Shown here piece after piece: positions 41,407 through 52,673 of a DNA stretch of 64,000 nt; position 1 is the first letter of the stretch; the number at the start of each line of letters is the position of its first letter. The notes beneath the pieces are model-generated. The model saw nothing but the letters and a program-made list of their open reading frames with translations, was not told the origin of the DNA and searched no databases. Source of the stretch: Acidobacteriota bacterium (lineage in GTDB: Bacteria > Acidobacteriota > CAIWXX01). The stretch covers positions 160,001 through 224,000 of the forward strand of contig JBFMAF010000055.1 in NCBI GenBank assembly GCA_040755995.1, in the 5' to 3' direction. The translations under genes were made by a program, and so were the position numbers.

Positions 41407-41763
41407 CGCAGCGCGTCTTCCCTCGCGCTTCCGGGCGCGTGTGGATCGGTGAGGGGAGGGGATGGCAACGTCCAGTAGAGCATCGGGATGTGCCGCAGCT
41501 ACCCGAAGCAGTACCTTTGCTGGGCCTTCCGGCTGGCGACGCCGTTGTTCCCAGTTCTGCAGGGTGTCGACACTGATGCCAAGGAGTGCCGCAAACTTCG
41601 CCTGGCTCAGGCGAAACCGCCCCCGGAGGGCGGCCACGTCGGGCGTCCCTCGAGCGAGGACATCCGTGCCGCGTGTGACGCGCGACGGCTTCAACGTTCC
41701 AGCTTCAATCTCCTTCATCTGGCGAACGCTTTCTACCAATTGCTCGAACAGTTCCTTCTTCAT
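41401..41763 (-). CDS. HigA-like XRE HTH antitoxin
   Basis: LSQAKFAALLGISVDTLQNWEQRRRQPEGPAKVLL. Confidence 0.92.
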   Translation of the reverse strand: MKKELFEQLVESVRQMKEIEAGTLKPSRVTRGTDVLARGTPDVAALRGRFRLSQAKFAALLGISVDTLQNWEQRRRQPEGPAKVLLRVAAAHPDALLDVAIPSPHRSTRARKREGRRAAA

Positions 41764-41767
41764 GTAC

Positions 41768-42088
41768 TCAGCTCTCCTTCTCGGCTGCGACCAGACTGCG
41801 CAGCACCCTCAGTTCCTCCGGGCGGAGATCCGACCGCACGTTCTTGGGGTACAGGAACAGAAGGCACAAGCGTGTCGCCGAGCCCATCCAGTAGTAGATC
41901 ACGCGCGCCCCGCCACGCTTTCCGCGGCCGCTCAGGCGCCAGCGCAGCTTTCTCAGGCCACCAGAGCGGGGAATCACTGGTCCGGCATCGGGTCGCAAGA
42001 CCAGGTAGAGTTGCAGCTGCCGGTACTCCTCATCAGACAGCCGTTCAACGACCTGCCTGGTGAAGACCGGTGTTTCGATCAACTCCAT
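41768..42088 (-). CDS. HigB/RelE-family toxin
   Basis: IETPVF, GPVIPRSGGLRKLRW, GKRGGARVIYY. Confidence 0.92.
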   Translation of the reverse strand: MELIETPVFTRQVVERLSDEEYRQLQLYLVLRPDAGPVIPRSGGLRKLRWRLSGRGKRGGARVIYYWMGSATRLCLLFLYPKNVRSDLRPEELRVLRSLVAAEKES

Positions 42089-42094
42089 GCAAGA

Positions 42095-42123
42095 AGTATA
42101 CGCCAACGACGTACGGTCGTCAA
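42095..42123 (-). promoter_or_regulatory. TA promoter, probably leaderless, with overlapping inverted repeat
   Basis: TTGACG-17 bp-TATACT, 6 nt before ATG; GTACG...CGTAT inverted repeat in the spacer. Confidence 0.85.
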
Positions 42124-42131
42124 CACCGCGT

Positions 42132-42224
42132 GCATGACTCGCTGTTCCACCTGCCGCCGCGCTCTTCAGCCGTGGTATCGTGCCCCAGTCGTCAGCGGCG
42201 GCGCAGGTGAACAGCACGTTCGCC
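42132..42224 (+). mobile_element. Integron attC site
   Basis: R'' GCATGAC (pairs with cassette start GTTATGC), L'' GTTCCACC, L' GGTGAAC, R' GTTCGCC. Confidence 0.85.
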
Positions 42225-42266
42225 TGCGAGCACTGCCGCAAGTGATCTCACGAGACCGCCTGTGCC

Positions 42267-42295
42267 TTGATTCTGACCAAACTTATGGTCATAAT
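42267..42295 (+). promoter_or_regulatory. TA promoter with palindromic operator
   Basis: TTGATT-17 bp-CATAAT; TGACCA-N6-TGGTCA palindrome in the spacer; ATG 8 nt downstream. Confidence 0.8.
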
Positions 42296-42303
42296 GCTGC
42301 TGG

Positions 42304-42642
42304 ATGGCGAAGAGGAAGCCGGCGTTCGAGATTGTCTACCGGCCGGAGACGGTACGCCATCTAGACGCGATCCCGGCGAAGCATCTCAGCCTGATCCGGG
42401 AAACGATCGAGGAACAGTTGTCACATGAGCCGTTCAACGAAACGACCAATCGGAAGCCGCTCCTTCGGCAGTCTCCATTCGGGGAGAACATCTGGGAAAT
42501 TCGCTTCGGCCCGCAGAATCGGTATCGGGTGTTCTACTGTTCGGATCCGGATGTGCCTCACCGGGTGCTCGTTGAGGCAATCGGAATCAAGGATCGAAAC
42601 CGGCTCATGGTCGGCGGCCGGGAGGTGAAGTATGAGAGCTAG
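42304..42642 (+). CDS. RelE/ParE-superfamily toxin
   Basis: FEIVY, WEIRFGPQNRYRVFY, VLVEAIGIKDRN; overlaps a Phd gene. Confidence 0.8.
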   Translation: MAKRKPAFEIVYRPETVRHLDAIPAKHLSLIRETIEEQLSHEPFNETTNRKPLLRQSPFGENIWEIRFGPQNRYRVFYCSDPDVPHRVLVEAIGIKDRNRLMVGGREVKYES

Positions 42643-42949
42643 CGTGGCTCAGGCCAAGGCGCGCTTCAGCGAGATGATCGAGGCCGCGCGCGGTGGCGAG
42701 CCCGTGATCGTGACGCGGCACGGTGAGCCGGTCGTTGCGCTCGTGCCGGTGCCGCAGGATCCCGACGACCAGGAGCGTTTTCTGCTGGCACACAACCCGA
42801 TCTTTCGCAGCATCCTCGAGGAGTCGCGCGGCAGCGGTAACCCGATCCCGCACGAGGAATTCTGGAAGCTGGTAGCGAGACGTCGTGCTGTCGGTCAAGC
42901 CGAACAAAGGCCTTCCAGCCGCCGGCGCACAAAGACGCGCCGCGGTTGA
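42632..42949 (+). CDS. Phd/YefM-family antitoxin
   Basis: SVAQAKARFSEMIEAARGGEPVIVTRHGEPVVALVP. Confidence 0.92.
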   Translation: MRASVAQAKARFSEMIEAARGGEPVIVTRHGEPVVALVPVPQDPDDQERFLLAHNPIFRSILEESRGSGNPIPHEEFWKLVARRRAVGQAEQRPSSRRRTKTRRG

Positions 42950-42964
42950 AGGCCTGCGCTAGGC
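42899..42964 (+). mobile_element. Integron attC site (R' variant GCTAGGC)
   Basis: GCCGAAC...CTTCCAGC-CGGCGC-loop-GCGCCG-GTTGAAG...GCTAGGC. Confidence 0.8.
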
Positions 42965-42980
42965 GCCTATCGGCGGAGCG

Positions 42981-43532
42981 ATGGGACTAGACGACATCTA
43001 CAACTACTTCCGTGCCTATGACAAGGACACCTTCGGCGTCTTCGCGTGCCAAGGTAGCGAGCCATCCGAAGCGGATATCGCAGCTTTCGAACGCGTCTGT
43101 GGCTTTAGACTGCCCGAGGAATTCCGAGAGTTCACGAAGTCGTCGCTTGGCGGTCTATACATGGAGGCCCGAGAGCAGTTCTGGCCTAGGCCGAAGGCCT
43201 ACGACGTGGGACCATTCTGGTCGTTCCTCTACGGAGTCAAGGTATTCGGTATTGCCGCAGACATCCCTGAGTGGCTCGACCTCCGGGTTCAGCATCGGGC
43301 CATGGGCGATGATGGCTACCCCCACTTGGTCCCGTTCCTTCAAGTGCAGGGTGATGCCAACCGCTACTGCTTCGATGCCCGTGGGCGTGTCATCTACTGG
43401 GACCACGAAGAGCCTGACGAGGAGAAAGAGGTGGCCCTCTCCTTCTCGGACCTGCTGCTACGAGAGATCCACGATCTCGAAGATCGCACCGGCAGGAAGA
43501 AGCGGGGCGAAGACAAACAGGGCGGGGCCTAG
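42981..43532 (+). CDS. SMI1/KNR4 (SUKH-like) immunity-family protein, cassette-borne
   Basis: SEADIAAFERVCGFRLPEEFREF, YCFD, VIYWDHE, SFSDLL. Confidence 0.88.
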   Translation: MGLDDIYNYFRAYDKDTFGVFACQGSEPSEADIAAFERVCGFRLPEEFREFTKSSLGGLYMEAREQFWPRPKAYDVGPFWSFLYGVKVFGIAADIPEWLDLRVQHRAMGDDGYPHLVPFLQVQGDANRYCFDARGRVIYWDHEEPDEEKEVALSFSDLLLREIHDLEDRTGRKKRGEDKQGGA

Positions 43533-43653
43533 CAAGCGGATGCAGCTGACGAAGCTCAGGGCGGCACTTGTACGGCGAGCTGAGGCGCCGCTCTGTGCCC
43601 CGCCCGCCGGACGGACGGGGGCACCGCGTCGCAGTTGATCCGCGGTGTTATTG
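43527..43653 (+). mobile_element. Integron attC site (R'' variant GCCTAGC)
   Basis: GCCTAGC-AAGCG-GATGCAGC-TGAC...GCAGTTGATC-CGCGGT-GTTATTG. Confidence 0.88.
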
Positions 43654-43666
43654 CGCGAGCACACGG

Positions 43667-43786
43667 ATGAGGCTCATATGGGGGCCACCGACTCCACCGG
43701 CGGAGACGGATGATCCGGCAGAAGCGGGATGGCAGCTGGTACGCGAACCGGCGCCAGACATGTTCGTTGTCGTCGGGAGATGGTGA
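43667..43786 (+). pseudogene. 5' stub of a truncated cassette gene
   Basis: ATG 20 nt after the attC crossover; MRLIWGPPTPP...GWQLVREPAP then early stop; no closing attC. Confidence 0.45.
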
Positions 43787-43879
43787 AATGGCCGGTCGAG
43801 TGAACGTGACGGCGGTTGCAGGGTCTGGCATCGCCCCTGGCAACGCGACGCGGCTGACGCCCTCCAAAGGAGGTCTCGC

Positions 43880-45328
43880 ATGAAACGCGCAGCGCTCAGC
43901 TCCTTGGCTCTTATTCTATTGGTGACGGTCATCATTACAGCGGACACGCCCCTGGCCATACCGCGCGGGTGCGAGGCCGTCCAATACTACAGAGTGCGTC
44001 TGAAATTGAAGACGGCCTCCGGGGTTGCGAGCGTCGAGCTGCGCGACACGGGCAGGCTGATCACGGCCCGCCAGATCACTGTCTCGGGAGACCTCCGCAA
44101 GCACGGCGTCTCGCTTCGGGGAATCTGGGTCGGACCGAAGACATCGGGGACTCAAGTGGCGATCATAGCGGATTATGCCGTGAAGGCCACGGAGATCGCG
44201 ACTCCGCTCCCATGCATCTACCGGGGGAGCGGCGAGGGTCCTGCGACGCTCCAGGTCTACAATGTGCTGGCGGGAGGGGTCGAGCTCATCCGGACGTATC
44301 AGTTCAGCTGGCCCGAATCCCAGCGGTTCGAGATGGACCTCAGCTCGGTCGCGTCTTCCGCACCTCTCAGCGGCACGCCTCCGCGGATCGAGCCCCAGAA
44401 GATGATATGGGCTTTCTACTATCCATGGTACGACATCCCCTGGGACACCACGATTCTCTCCGACCGCCCCGCGGGCGGTTACTATGACTCGGACGATCCC
44501 GCGATCATCGCGAGGCACGTCAATCAGGCGAAGCTGGCGGGAGTCGACGGATTCCTTTCGTCCTGGTGGGGGCCGGGAAGCCAGACCGATGAGAATCTTG
44601 CAAAACTCCTGGACGAAGGCGACAAGAAGAACTTCAAAGTGATGATCAACTTCGAGCTGCTCACGACTGATGAAGACGGGGATGTCGTGCCGAGGGAGAA
44701 GAGCGAGATCGTCGCCTGGCTCAAGTATGCGATCACGGAGTACGGCAATCACCCCGCCTACATGAGGGTGGATGGCAAGCCCGTTTTCGTGATGTGGGCT
44801 TCGCAGGCGGTGCCGGCCTCAACATGGAGAGAGGTCCTCGAGATACTGCGCTCGACCGGTCGCGAGGCGGCGCTAATCGCCGAGTTCAACTCGCCCTGGC
44901 CCAAGCTCGACACCCTCGACGTGTTCGCCGGAATGCACACCTACAATGTGGTGAACTTCGTGGACAGCATCGAGAAGGTGCCGACGGATCTCGCCGGGGT
45001 CTACTCGAGAACGCGCCGGGTAGTCCACAACTTCCCGCTGCTGATGGAAACTCCGGAGCCGCGCATCTGGGCCGCCACGGTGCAGCCCGGCTACGATGAT
45101 CATCTCATCCCGGGGCGCACGGCCCCGATTCTGGACCGCGCGAGCGGAGAATTCTACCGGGCCACGTTCAAGGCGGCCACCGAGAGCGACCCCGACTGGC
45201 TCTTCATCACCTCGTGGAATGAATGGTGGGAACATACGTACATCGAGCCAAGCCGGAAGTACGGGCAGACCTACCTGGAGATGACCCGCGAGATGTCAGA
45301 TGCGCGGAAGGCTGCCTCCGGACACTGA
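43880..45328 (+). CDS. Secreted GH99-like glycoside hydrolase
   Basis: Signal peptide; AFYYPWY, GVDGFLSSWWG, VQPGYDD, ITSWNEWWEHTYIEPS. Confidence 0.82.
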   Translation: MKRAALSSLALILLVTVIITADTPLAIPRGCEAVQYYRVRLKLKTASGVASVELRDTGRLITARQITVSGDLRKHGVSLRGIWVGPKTSGTQVAIIADYAVKATEIATPLPCIYRGSGEGPATLQVYNVLAGGVELIRTYQFSWPESQRFEMDLSSVASSAPLSGTPPRIEPQKMIWAFYYPWYDIPWDTTILSDRPAGGYYDSDDPAIIARHVNQAKLAGVDGFLSSWWGPGSQTDENLAKLLDEGDKKNFKVMINFELLTTDEDGDVVPREKSEIVAWLKYAITEYGNHPAYMRVDGKPVFVMWASQAVPASTWREVLEILRSTGREAALIAEFNSPWPKLDTLDVFAGMHTYNVVNFVDSIEKVPTDLAGVYSRTRRVVHNFPLLMETPEPRIWAATVQPGYDDHLIPGRTAPILDRASGEFYRATFKAATESDPDWLFITSWNEWWEHTYIEPSRKYGQTYLEMTREMSDARKAASGH

Positions 45329-45354
45329 CGGCTATGGCTGGCCGGAGATGTCGA

Positions 45355-45446
45355 CGGTTGTCAGAGGCGGTTATCGGCAGGCGGCCGCCGATCGTCCTGT
45401 CGCCTGGCTGTCAACCGACAACCGACAACTGACAACTGCCCACCGT
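45355..45446. repeat. Heptamer tandem repeat (CAACYGA)n with complementary arm
   Basis: caaccga caaccga caactga caactgc preceded by cggttgtcag/cggttatcgg, between convergent genes. Confidence 0.6.
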
Positions 45447-46448
45447 TCACTTCGCCGGCTTCTCGATCAGTCTCCTGATCATGTCGCCTGGGATCGTCCC
45501 TGCCAGCGTCACGCTATCGTCGTCACGATCGACTTCGAACGCGCGAATGGCGGAGACCATATCCGGGTTCTTCTCTTGCACGGCGAGTCGCCAGAAGGCG
45601 AGGACTCCGCGCAGCGTGTCCTCCAGCAGCTTCAGCGCCTCCTCGTCGGTCGAGACGCCGGTTGCCGAGAAATCGAGCTCTTCGCCTCGGAACGTCACCG
45701 ATGCTGCAAAGCACGACACCGGCTTGAATGCCGCAGCAAGCCCGGCCGCAGGGCTATCCGCGGAAGATGCAGTGTCCCGCGTCCCGAATCTGTGATCCTG
45801 TGCCAACTGCTTGGCGTCGACCAGCGCCCAGGCGGTTGAATTCACGTCTACGCGTTCAAGCTGTCGTCCGAGGCCCACGCCTGAACGGAAGCCGGAGCTG
45901 CCGCGCGCGTGATCCGCGAGCGCCTGCAGAACGGCGTCCTCGGTCCCTGCCACCAGGAGTCGCGATTCCACGAACGCGACCGCACCGCGCACATCCTTGC
46001 CTTCGACTTTGCAGTGCGTGTCCTTCTCAGGAAGGCGGTAGTATGTGCCGCCGGGCGCCGTCTGCTTCAACGCACCGCGCGCCTCCAGTGCCGCCGCCAG
46101 TCTACCTGCATCGAATCGCCCTTCTGCCGCGATGAGGGCCCGCACCTCTTGCTTCTTTCCCGCCAGCGGCGCCAGCGCCACGACCAGGAGATCGACGTCA
46201 TCTGCTGGCTTCAGACCCGCATCGCGCAGAAACGAGTCGGCCTCACCGCCGGATGCGATGCGATCGGTCTCCGAGATGAATTGCGCGCAAAGCGGATTCG
46301 CGCGCATCTCGGCGATCCGCACCATGCCGACCGTTGCTGCATCGGCCGGAACCAGCGAGAGAGCGTCGGCACTGCCGCCAGCCGACGCCGGAAGAGGCAG
46401 CACCAGTGCCAGGGCCGCGATCCCGAGTACCGCTAGACTTGTTTTCAT
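45447..46448 (-). CDS. Exported hypothetical protein
   Basis: Signal peptide, ALSLVPADA; coupled to the ABC permease. Confidence 0.8.
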   Translation of the reverse strand: MKTSLAVLGIAALALVLPLPASAGGSADALSLVPADAATVGMVRIAEMRANPLCAQFISETDRIASGGEADSFLRDAGLKPADDVDLLVVALAPLAGKKQEVRALIAAEGRFDAGRLAAALEARGALKQTAPGGTYYRLPEKDTHCKVEGKDVRGAVAFVESRLLVAGTEDAVLQALADHARGSSGFRSGVGLGRQLERVDVNSTAWALVDAKQLAQDHRFGTRDTASSADSPAAGLAAAFKPVSCFAASVTFRGEELDFSATGVSTDEEALKLLEDTLRGVLAFWRLAVQEKNPDMVSAIRAFEVDRDDDSVTLAGTIPGDMIRRLIEKPAK

Positions 46449-47302
46449 CAGAAGTCCTTTCTCTCAAAAAGCCACGCGGCCAGGGCGAGACAGCCCAGGC
46501 CGAACGCGGCTGTGGACGCGAACGGAAGGAACGAAACCGCATCGGCGATCCTCACGGATCCATCGGGGCCTCCGACCAACATGACTACGGCCTTGCCCAT
46601 CTCGCTGGTCTTGGGGCAGATCCAGTAGAGCGCATGCACCAGAGTCGCCTTCCACTCCGAGGAAACCAACGCGGCGATCTTATCGTGGGCGACGAGGATC
46701 GCCGAGAAAAAAAAGATGCCGTACGCGGTCATGATAGAAACCGCCGTTGATGACGTGACAACGCCGACGAGAAACACAAACGCCAGCAGCGTGGCGGTCG
46801 TGAAAAGGATCACCAGCCCGCCCAGCAGAAAGCGCGGGTGTACGACGTGGGTCTTCCAGATCACGATGAGCCAGATGCTGCCGAGGAGGTAGACGATGTT
46901 CGCCGCGGCGAGGAGAAGACCGGCGGTGTAGCGGAACAAGAGCAGCCGCACGCGGCCGACGGGCCGGGAAAGATACAGATCGATTGTGCCCTTGTCCTGG
47001 AGCCGCGGCACGAGGTGCGCCGTGGCGAAGATCGCCAGAAACGTGCCGACCAGGTAGAGGAACGCCGAGAACCCGGACTCGAAGCCGAGCACCAGTTTGT
47101 CCACATCCACTCGTGCCCGGCCCATGTGGACCTCCTGGCCGAACAGCTTCACGCCCGCGAGCGCACCGTCGACTATGTCGAGATTGACGGCCATTGCGAA
47201 TATCAGGATGAACAGCGATGACAGCACAAAATAGGCGAGCAGCGTCCAGCGCGCCGCAGCCTCGCGAAACACGTCCTCGACGCTGGCAGCAAGCGCCCTC
47301 AT
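46448..47302 (-). CDS. ABC-2-type permease
   Basis: GTIDLYLSRPVGR, six TMs, FERKDF C-terminus. Confidence 0.88.
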   Translation of the reverse strand: MRALAASVEDVFREAAARWTLLAYFVLSSLFILIFAMAVNLDIVDGALAGVKLFGQEVHMGRARVDVDKLVLGFESGFSAFLYLVGTFLAIFATAHLVPRLQDKGTIDLYLSRPVGRVRLLLFRYTAGLLLAAANIVYLLGSIWLIVIWKTHVVHPRFLLGGLVILFTTATLLAFVFLVGVVTSSTAVSIMTAYGIFFFSAILVAHDKIAALVSSEWKATLVHALYWICPKTSEMGKAVVMLVGGPDGSVRIADAVSFLPFASTAAFGLGCLALAAWLFERKDF

Positions 47303-48252
47303 GACACCGGCCCTCCCTTCTCGCCGTTCTCCATCCGGACCAGGTCGACGAAGACATCCTCGAGCGTCGATCGCAGCGGCGACAGCTCCGAGATTTCAGC
47401 CCCGCGCGCTCTGGCGCGATCGACCAGCATGTTCAGGTGCGCTACGTCGCGCACGGTCAGCAGGAAATGACCGTTGCGCCTGTCGACCACCGCCCCCGTC
47501 TCACGGAATGCGCCTTCGAGAGCATCATCCAGCGGGGACGCCACCAGCTTGTACGCCGAACGCTTCTCGGTGAGATCGTCTATGCGACCCTGAGCCACTA
47601 TCTTCCCCTGCCTGAGAATCGCCACGCGGTCGCATGTCAGCTCGATCTCGGACAGCAGATGCGAGTTCAACAGCACGGTCTTGCCTGCCTGCGCCTGCTC
47701 GCGCAGCAGCTCCCGTATCTCGCGGCGCCCGACCGGGTCGACGCCGTCGGTCGGCTCGTCCAACAACAGCACTTGGGGCTCGTGAACGAGCGCCGCCGCC
47801 AGGCCGAGGCGCTGGGTCATCCCCTTGGAGAACTTCTTCACCTTGACGTCGAGCCAGTCGGCGATGCGGAGCCTTTCGAGCAGCATCGGGATGCGACGCT
47901 TCAGCGTCGCGCTGTTTGCGTCGGACATGCGTCCAAGGATCGTCAGCGTCTGGCGCGCTGTCAAGTACCCCGGGAACCGATGGCCTTCCGGCAGATAGCC
48001 GACGCGGCGCCGGCTCTCGGGATCGCTGACCCGCCGCCCGAGCACCTCGGCCTGGCCTCGCGTGGGCCGCGTGAGCCCGAGCATTATTTTGACCGCAGTA
48101 GTCTTGCCGGCTCCGTTCGGGCCCAGCAGCCCGAACAGCTCGCCCGGCCTCACCTCGAGGTCAATCCCGTCCAGTGCCGCCACGCGCCTTGACCGAAGGC
48201 GGGACTGGTAGATCTTCTGTAGCCCTGTGGCTCGAATCGCTGCGTCTATCAT
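47299..48252 (-). CDS. ABC transporter ATP-binding protein
   Basis: GPNGAGKT, FSKGM, LLLDEPT, SH. Confidence 0.95.
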   Translation of the reverse strand: MIDAAIRATGLQKIYQSRLRSRRVAALDGIDLEVRPGELFGLLGPNGAGKTTAVKIMLGLTRPTRGQAEVLGRRVSDPESRRRVGYLPEGHRFPGYLTARQTLTILGRMSDANSATLKRRIPMLLERLRIADWLDVKVKKFSKGMTQRLGLAAALVHEPQVLLLDEPTDGVDPVGRREIRELLREQAQAGKTVLLNSHLLSEIELTCDRVAILRQGKIVAQGRIDDLTEKRSAYKLVASPLDDALEGAFRETGAVVDRRNGHFLLTVRDVAHLNMLVDRARARGAEISELSPLRSTLEDVFVDLVRMENGEKGGPVS

Positions 48253-48446
48253 CTCCCCCCATTATACGCGCTTCTGGTCCTCGGGGTTCCCTGGAGGCGA
48301 ACTGCGCCCCGGACCCCGAAGACCCTTGTGTCGCAATGGATCTCTTCTAAACCGGTCATCGCACCCAGACGCACCCATCGTGTAGAATTGCCCGTCGAGC
48401 CGACGCGCAAACGAGAAGATTGTGCGACGCGACCAGCGATGCTGCG

Positions 48447-50417
<1,971 letters not shown>

Positions 50418-50629
50418 CCCGCGCGTCAGTCGCGTTCCTGGTCCGGCACCCACAGTCGCCGACTGCTGCCAGGGCGACGCCTCAGCCGGATCGAGCCTCG
50501 CGCTGCTGATCGTGTGGCAGAACAGGATCTCAGACAGGAATCGCGAGATCTGGGCCCGCATCCTCGATGTCACGCGCTAGAAGCGCCTCGGACCGACCAA
50601 GTCCTCCCGTCCCAGGCCGAGGGCCGGTG

Positions 50630-50872
50630 CTCATACCAGACCGGCGTCGCATGACCCGCTGGTTCCAGCTGTTCGCCAGCAAGGTGGAGGGCCTGCGGGA
50701 TGCCAGAGAGGATGGCGGCCTGCGGTTTCTGAGCTTCCTGTCCAAGGAACTGATCCCCTATATCGACAGCCGCCACCGGACGACTGCGCACCGGACGATG
50801 TACGGCCAGTCAGCCGGCGGCCAATTCGCCCTATTCTCCCTGTTGACCGAGCCCGAGGTTTTTGACGCGTAG
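50630..50872 (+). pseudogene. Internal fragment of an IroE/BesA-like alpha/beta hydrolase
   Basis: FLSFLSKELIPYIDSRHRT, YGQSAGGQFAL (GxSxGG), stops at PEVFDA*. Confidence 0.75.
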
Positions 50873-50993
50873 GAAGAGTCATAGTAGTTTGGGCGAGAAT
50901 CGAGACTGGATTACGACAGTGCCGAAGGGAAAAGCGCCGAAGAGCCCGGAATGCTATGGCAACATGAATTCTGCGGGTCAGTCGGGAAACAAC

Positions 50994-51992
50994 ATGAGGC
51001 AGTGGGTCGCGCGGCACGACACGGCAGTATTCCTGATCGTGACCTACGGCATTTCCTGGCCGCTGTGGTTTGTCTCGGGCACGCTCACGCGAACTCCGAT
51101 CCGCGCCCCAGATCTATCCTGGCTTGTGGCCCAGATCGGAGTCTTCGCGCCCGCATTCGCCGGCATGGTGGTCGGTGCGTGTGTCGGCCCCGGCGGGGTG
51201 CGGCGGGGGCTGCGGCTTTTGGCCCTCGTGTACGCACCGGCCGCGGCGCTCGGCCTCTGGATCGCGACTCGCGGCTTCCCGTCGTTCGTTGCGCTCAACG
51301 CACGCGCAACCTGGACCGTGATCGCTTTCGCCGCATGGGCTCTGGCCTGGGTCAGCGCGGGGCCGGACCGCCTGATCCCGTGGCCTGGCCAATCGGCTCG
51401 TCGCGCGCAGATAGCCCTGTGGTCCGTCGGTTGCGTGCTTGTGCCGGCCGGCCTGTTTCTGGCTGCCTGGGTGATGACAGCCAGCTCGGGCGGCGGGAAA
51501 GCCACGATCCCGCCGATGCCGGTGCGCGAGCTGACGCCGTCCGGCCTGCTGGCGGCTCTCGCCGTCAACCTCGTCTACGGTGGATCGCTCGGCGAAGAGC
51601 CCGGGTGGCGCGGCGCATGGCTTCCACGGCTGCTGCGAGCTCACAATCCGCTCGCGGCGAGCCTGATCATCAGCTTCTGGTGGGCTCTCTGGCATGCGCC
51701 GATCGACTTCGCACAAGGCTTCGGCCTTTCCGGCATTGGTGCGCTTGGAATCCGGCAGGTCTGGACGCTGCCCGTTGCCATAATCTTCACCTGGGTCACG
51801 TTGCGTGCGGGCGGCAGCCTTCTGCCGCCGATCCTCCTGCATGCGACTCTCAACGCAATTCCCGATTTCGCTCTCGGCGAGCCAGCGCACTACGAGAGCG
51901 CGCTCGGCCTTTTTCTCGTATTTCTCGTGGCCGCTGTTGTTGCGGCGGCAATCTTCGATTCGCGTCTCAGGAACTCACCACGCAATGGCTGA
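50994..51992 (+). CDS. CPBP (CAAX/Abi) intramembrane metalloprotease
   Basis: GEEPGWRG, WALWH, LLHATLN. Confidence 0.9.
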   Translation: MRQWVARHDTAVFLIVTYGISWPLWFVSGTLTRTPIRAPDLSWLVAQIGVFAPAFAGMVVGACVGPGGVRRGLRLLALVYAPAAALGLWIATRGFPSFVALNARATWTVIAFAAWALAWVSAGPDRLIPWPGQSARRAQIALWSVGCVLVPAGLFLAAWVMTASSGGGKATIPPMPVRELTPSGLLAALAVNLVYGGSLGEEPGWRGAWLPRLLRAHNPLAASLIISFWWALWHAPIDFAQGFGLSGIGALGIRQVWTLPVAIIFTWVTLRAGGSLLPPILLHATLNAIPDFALGEPAHYESALGLFLVFLVAAVVAAAIFDSRLRNSPRNG

Positions 51993-52130
51993 CCGCCACC
52001 AGCCGAATCGCTCACTGGGTAGCCGGGGCCTTCTCTTCCTGGCCGCGCCGCCGGCCGACCCGGTGGAGAGCCTCAGGCACGAATAGAGCCGGTCGAAGGG
52101 GCGCCAGGTCTGCAGCGGCCCCGCCGGGCG

Positions 52131-52526
52131 TCAGGCCTCCCCGACTACTGCGTCGACCTCAATTTCGACAAGCCAGTCCGGATCGACGAACCGGACCACT
52201 TGCATGATGGTACACACCGGTCGGATTTCGCCAAAATACTTCCCGTGCACCTCGGCAACCGCTCGCCAGTCATCGATGCGGGTCAACAGGATTCGCGTTC
52301 GAATGACGTCCTGAAGGCCTGCACCGAGTCGCTCGAGAGCTGCACTGGCGATTTCGAAGCATCGGGCCGCTTGGGTGGCGGGGTCGTCATGCCCCACTGT
52401 CTTGCCATCCGGTCCGAGGGGAGCTGTCCCGGCGATTGCGATGAACTCACCGATACGAACCGCTCTGGAAATTCCAACAATAGGCTCGTACGGGCTGCCG
52501 GTGGACACACACTGACGAGAGCTCAT
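52131..52526 (-). CDS. RidA/YjgF family protein, cassette-like
   Basis: GSPYEPIVGISRAVR, DVIRTR, HGKYFGEIRP, LVEIEVDA. Confidence 0.93.
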   Translation of the reverse strand: MSSRQCVSTGSPYEPIVGISRAVRIGEFIAIAGTAPLGPDGKTVGHDDPATQAARCFEIASAALERLGAGLQDVIRTRILLTRIDDWRAVAEVHGKYFGEIRPVCTIMQVVRFVDPDWLVEIEVDAVVGEA

Positions 52527-52537
52527 TCAACACCTCC

Positions 52538-52599
52538 GTCTGACGTCGACCACGAAAGGTCCCCACGACACCTGACGCTGCTGCGAGCGCGGGTCAGGC
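52538..52599 (-). mobile_element. Degenerate attC remnant
   Basis: Minus strand GCCTGAC...GCAGC...GTCAGAC; outer boxes pair with neighbouring cassette ends but inner arms are poor. Confidence 0.4.
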
Positions 52600-52673
52600 C
52601 GCCGATGGTTCTGAAGGGGATTCCCACGTGCTCCGCTATCTCGAGTCGTTTTCTGGGCAATGGCACAGCTAGG

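Noticed and set aside
46707..46714. A-tract in the ABC permease as a phase-variation site
   Set aside because: Short, in frame, and simply encodes IFFF
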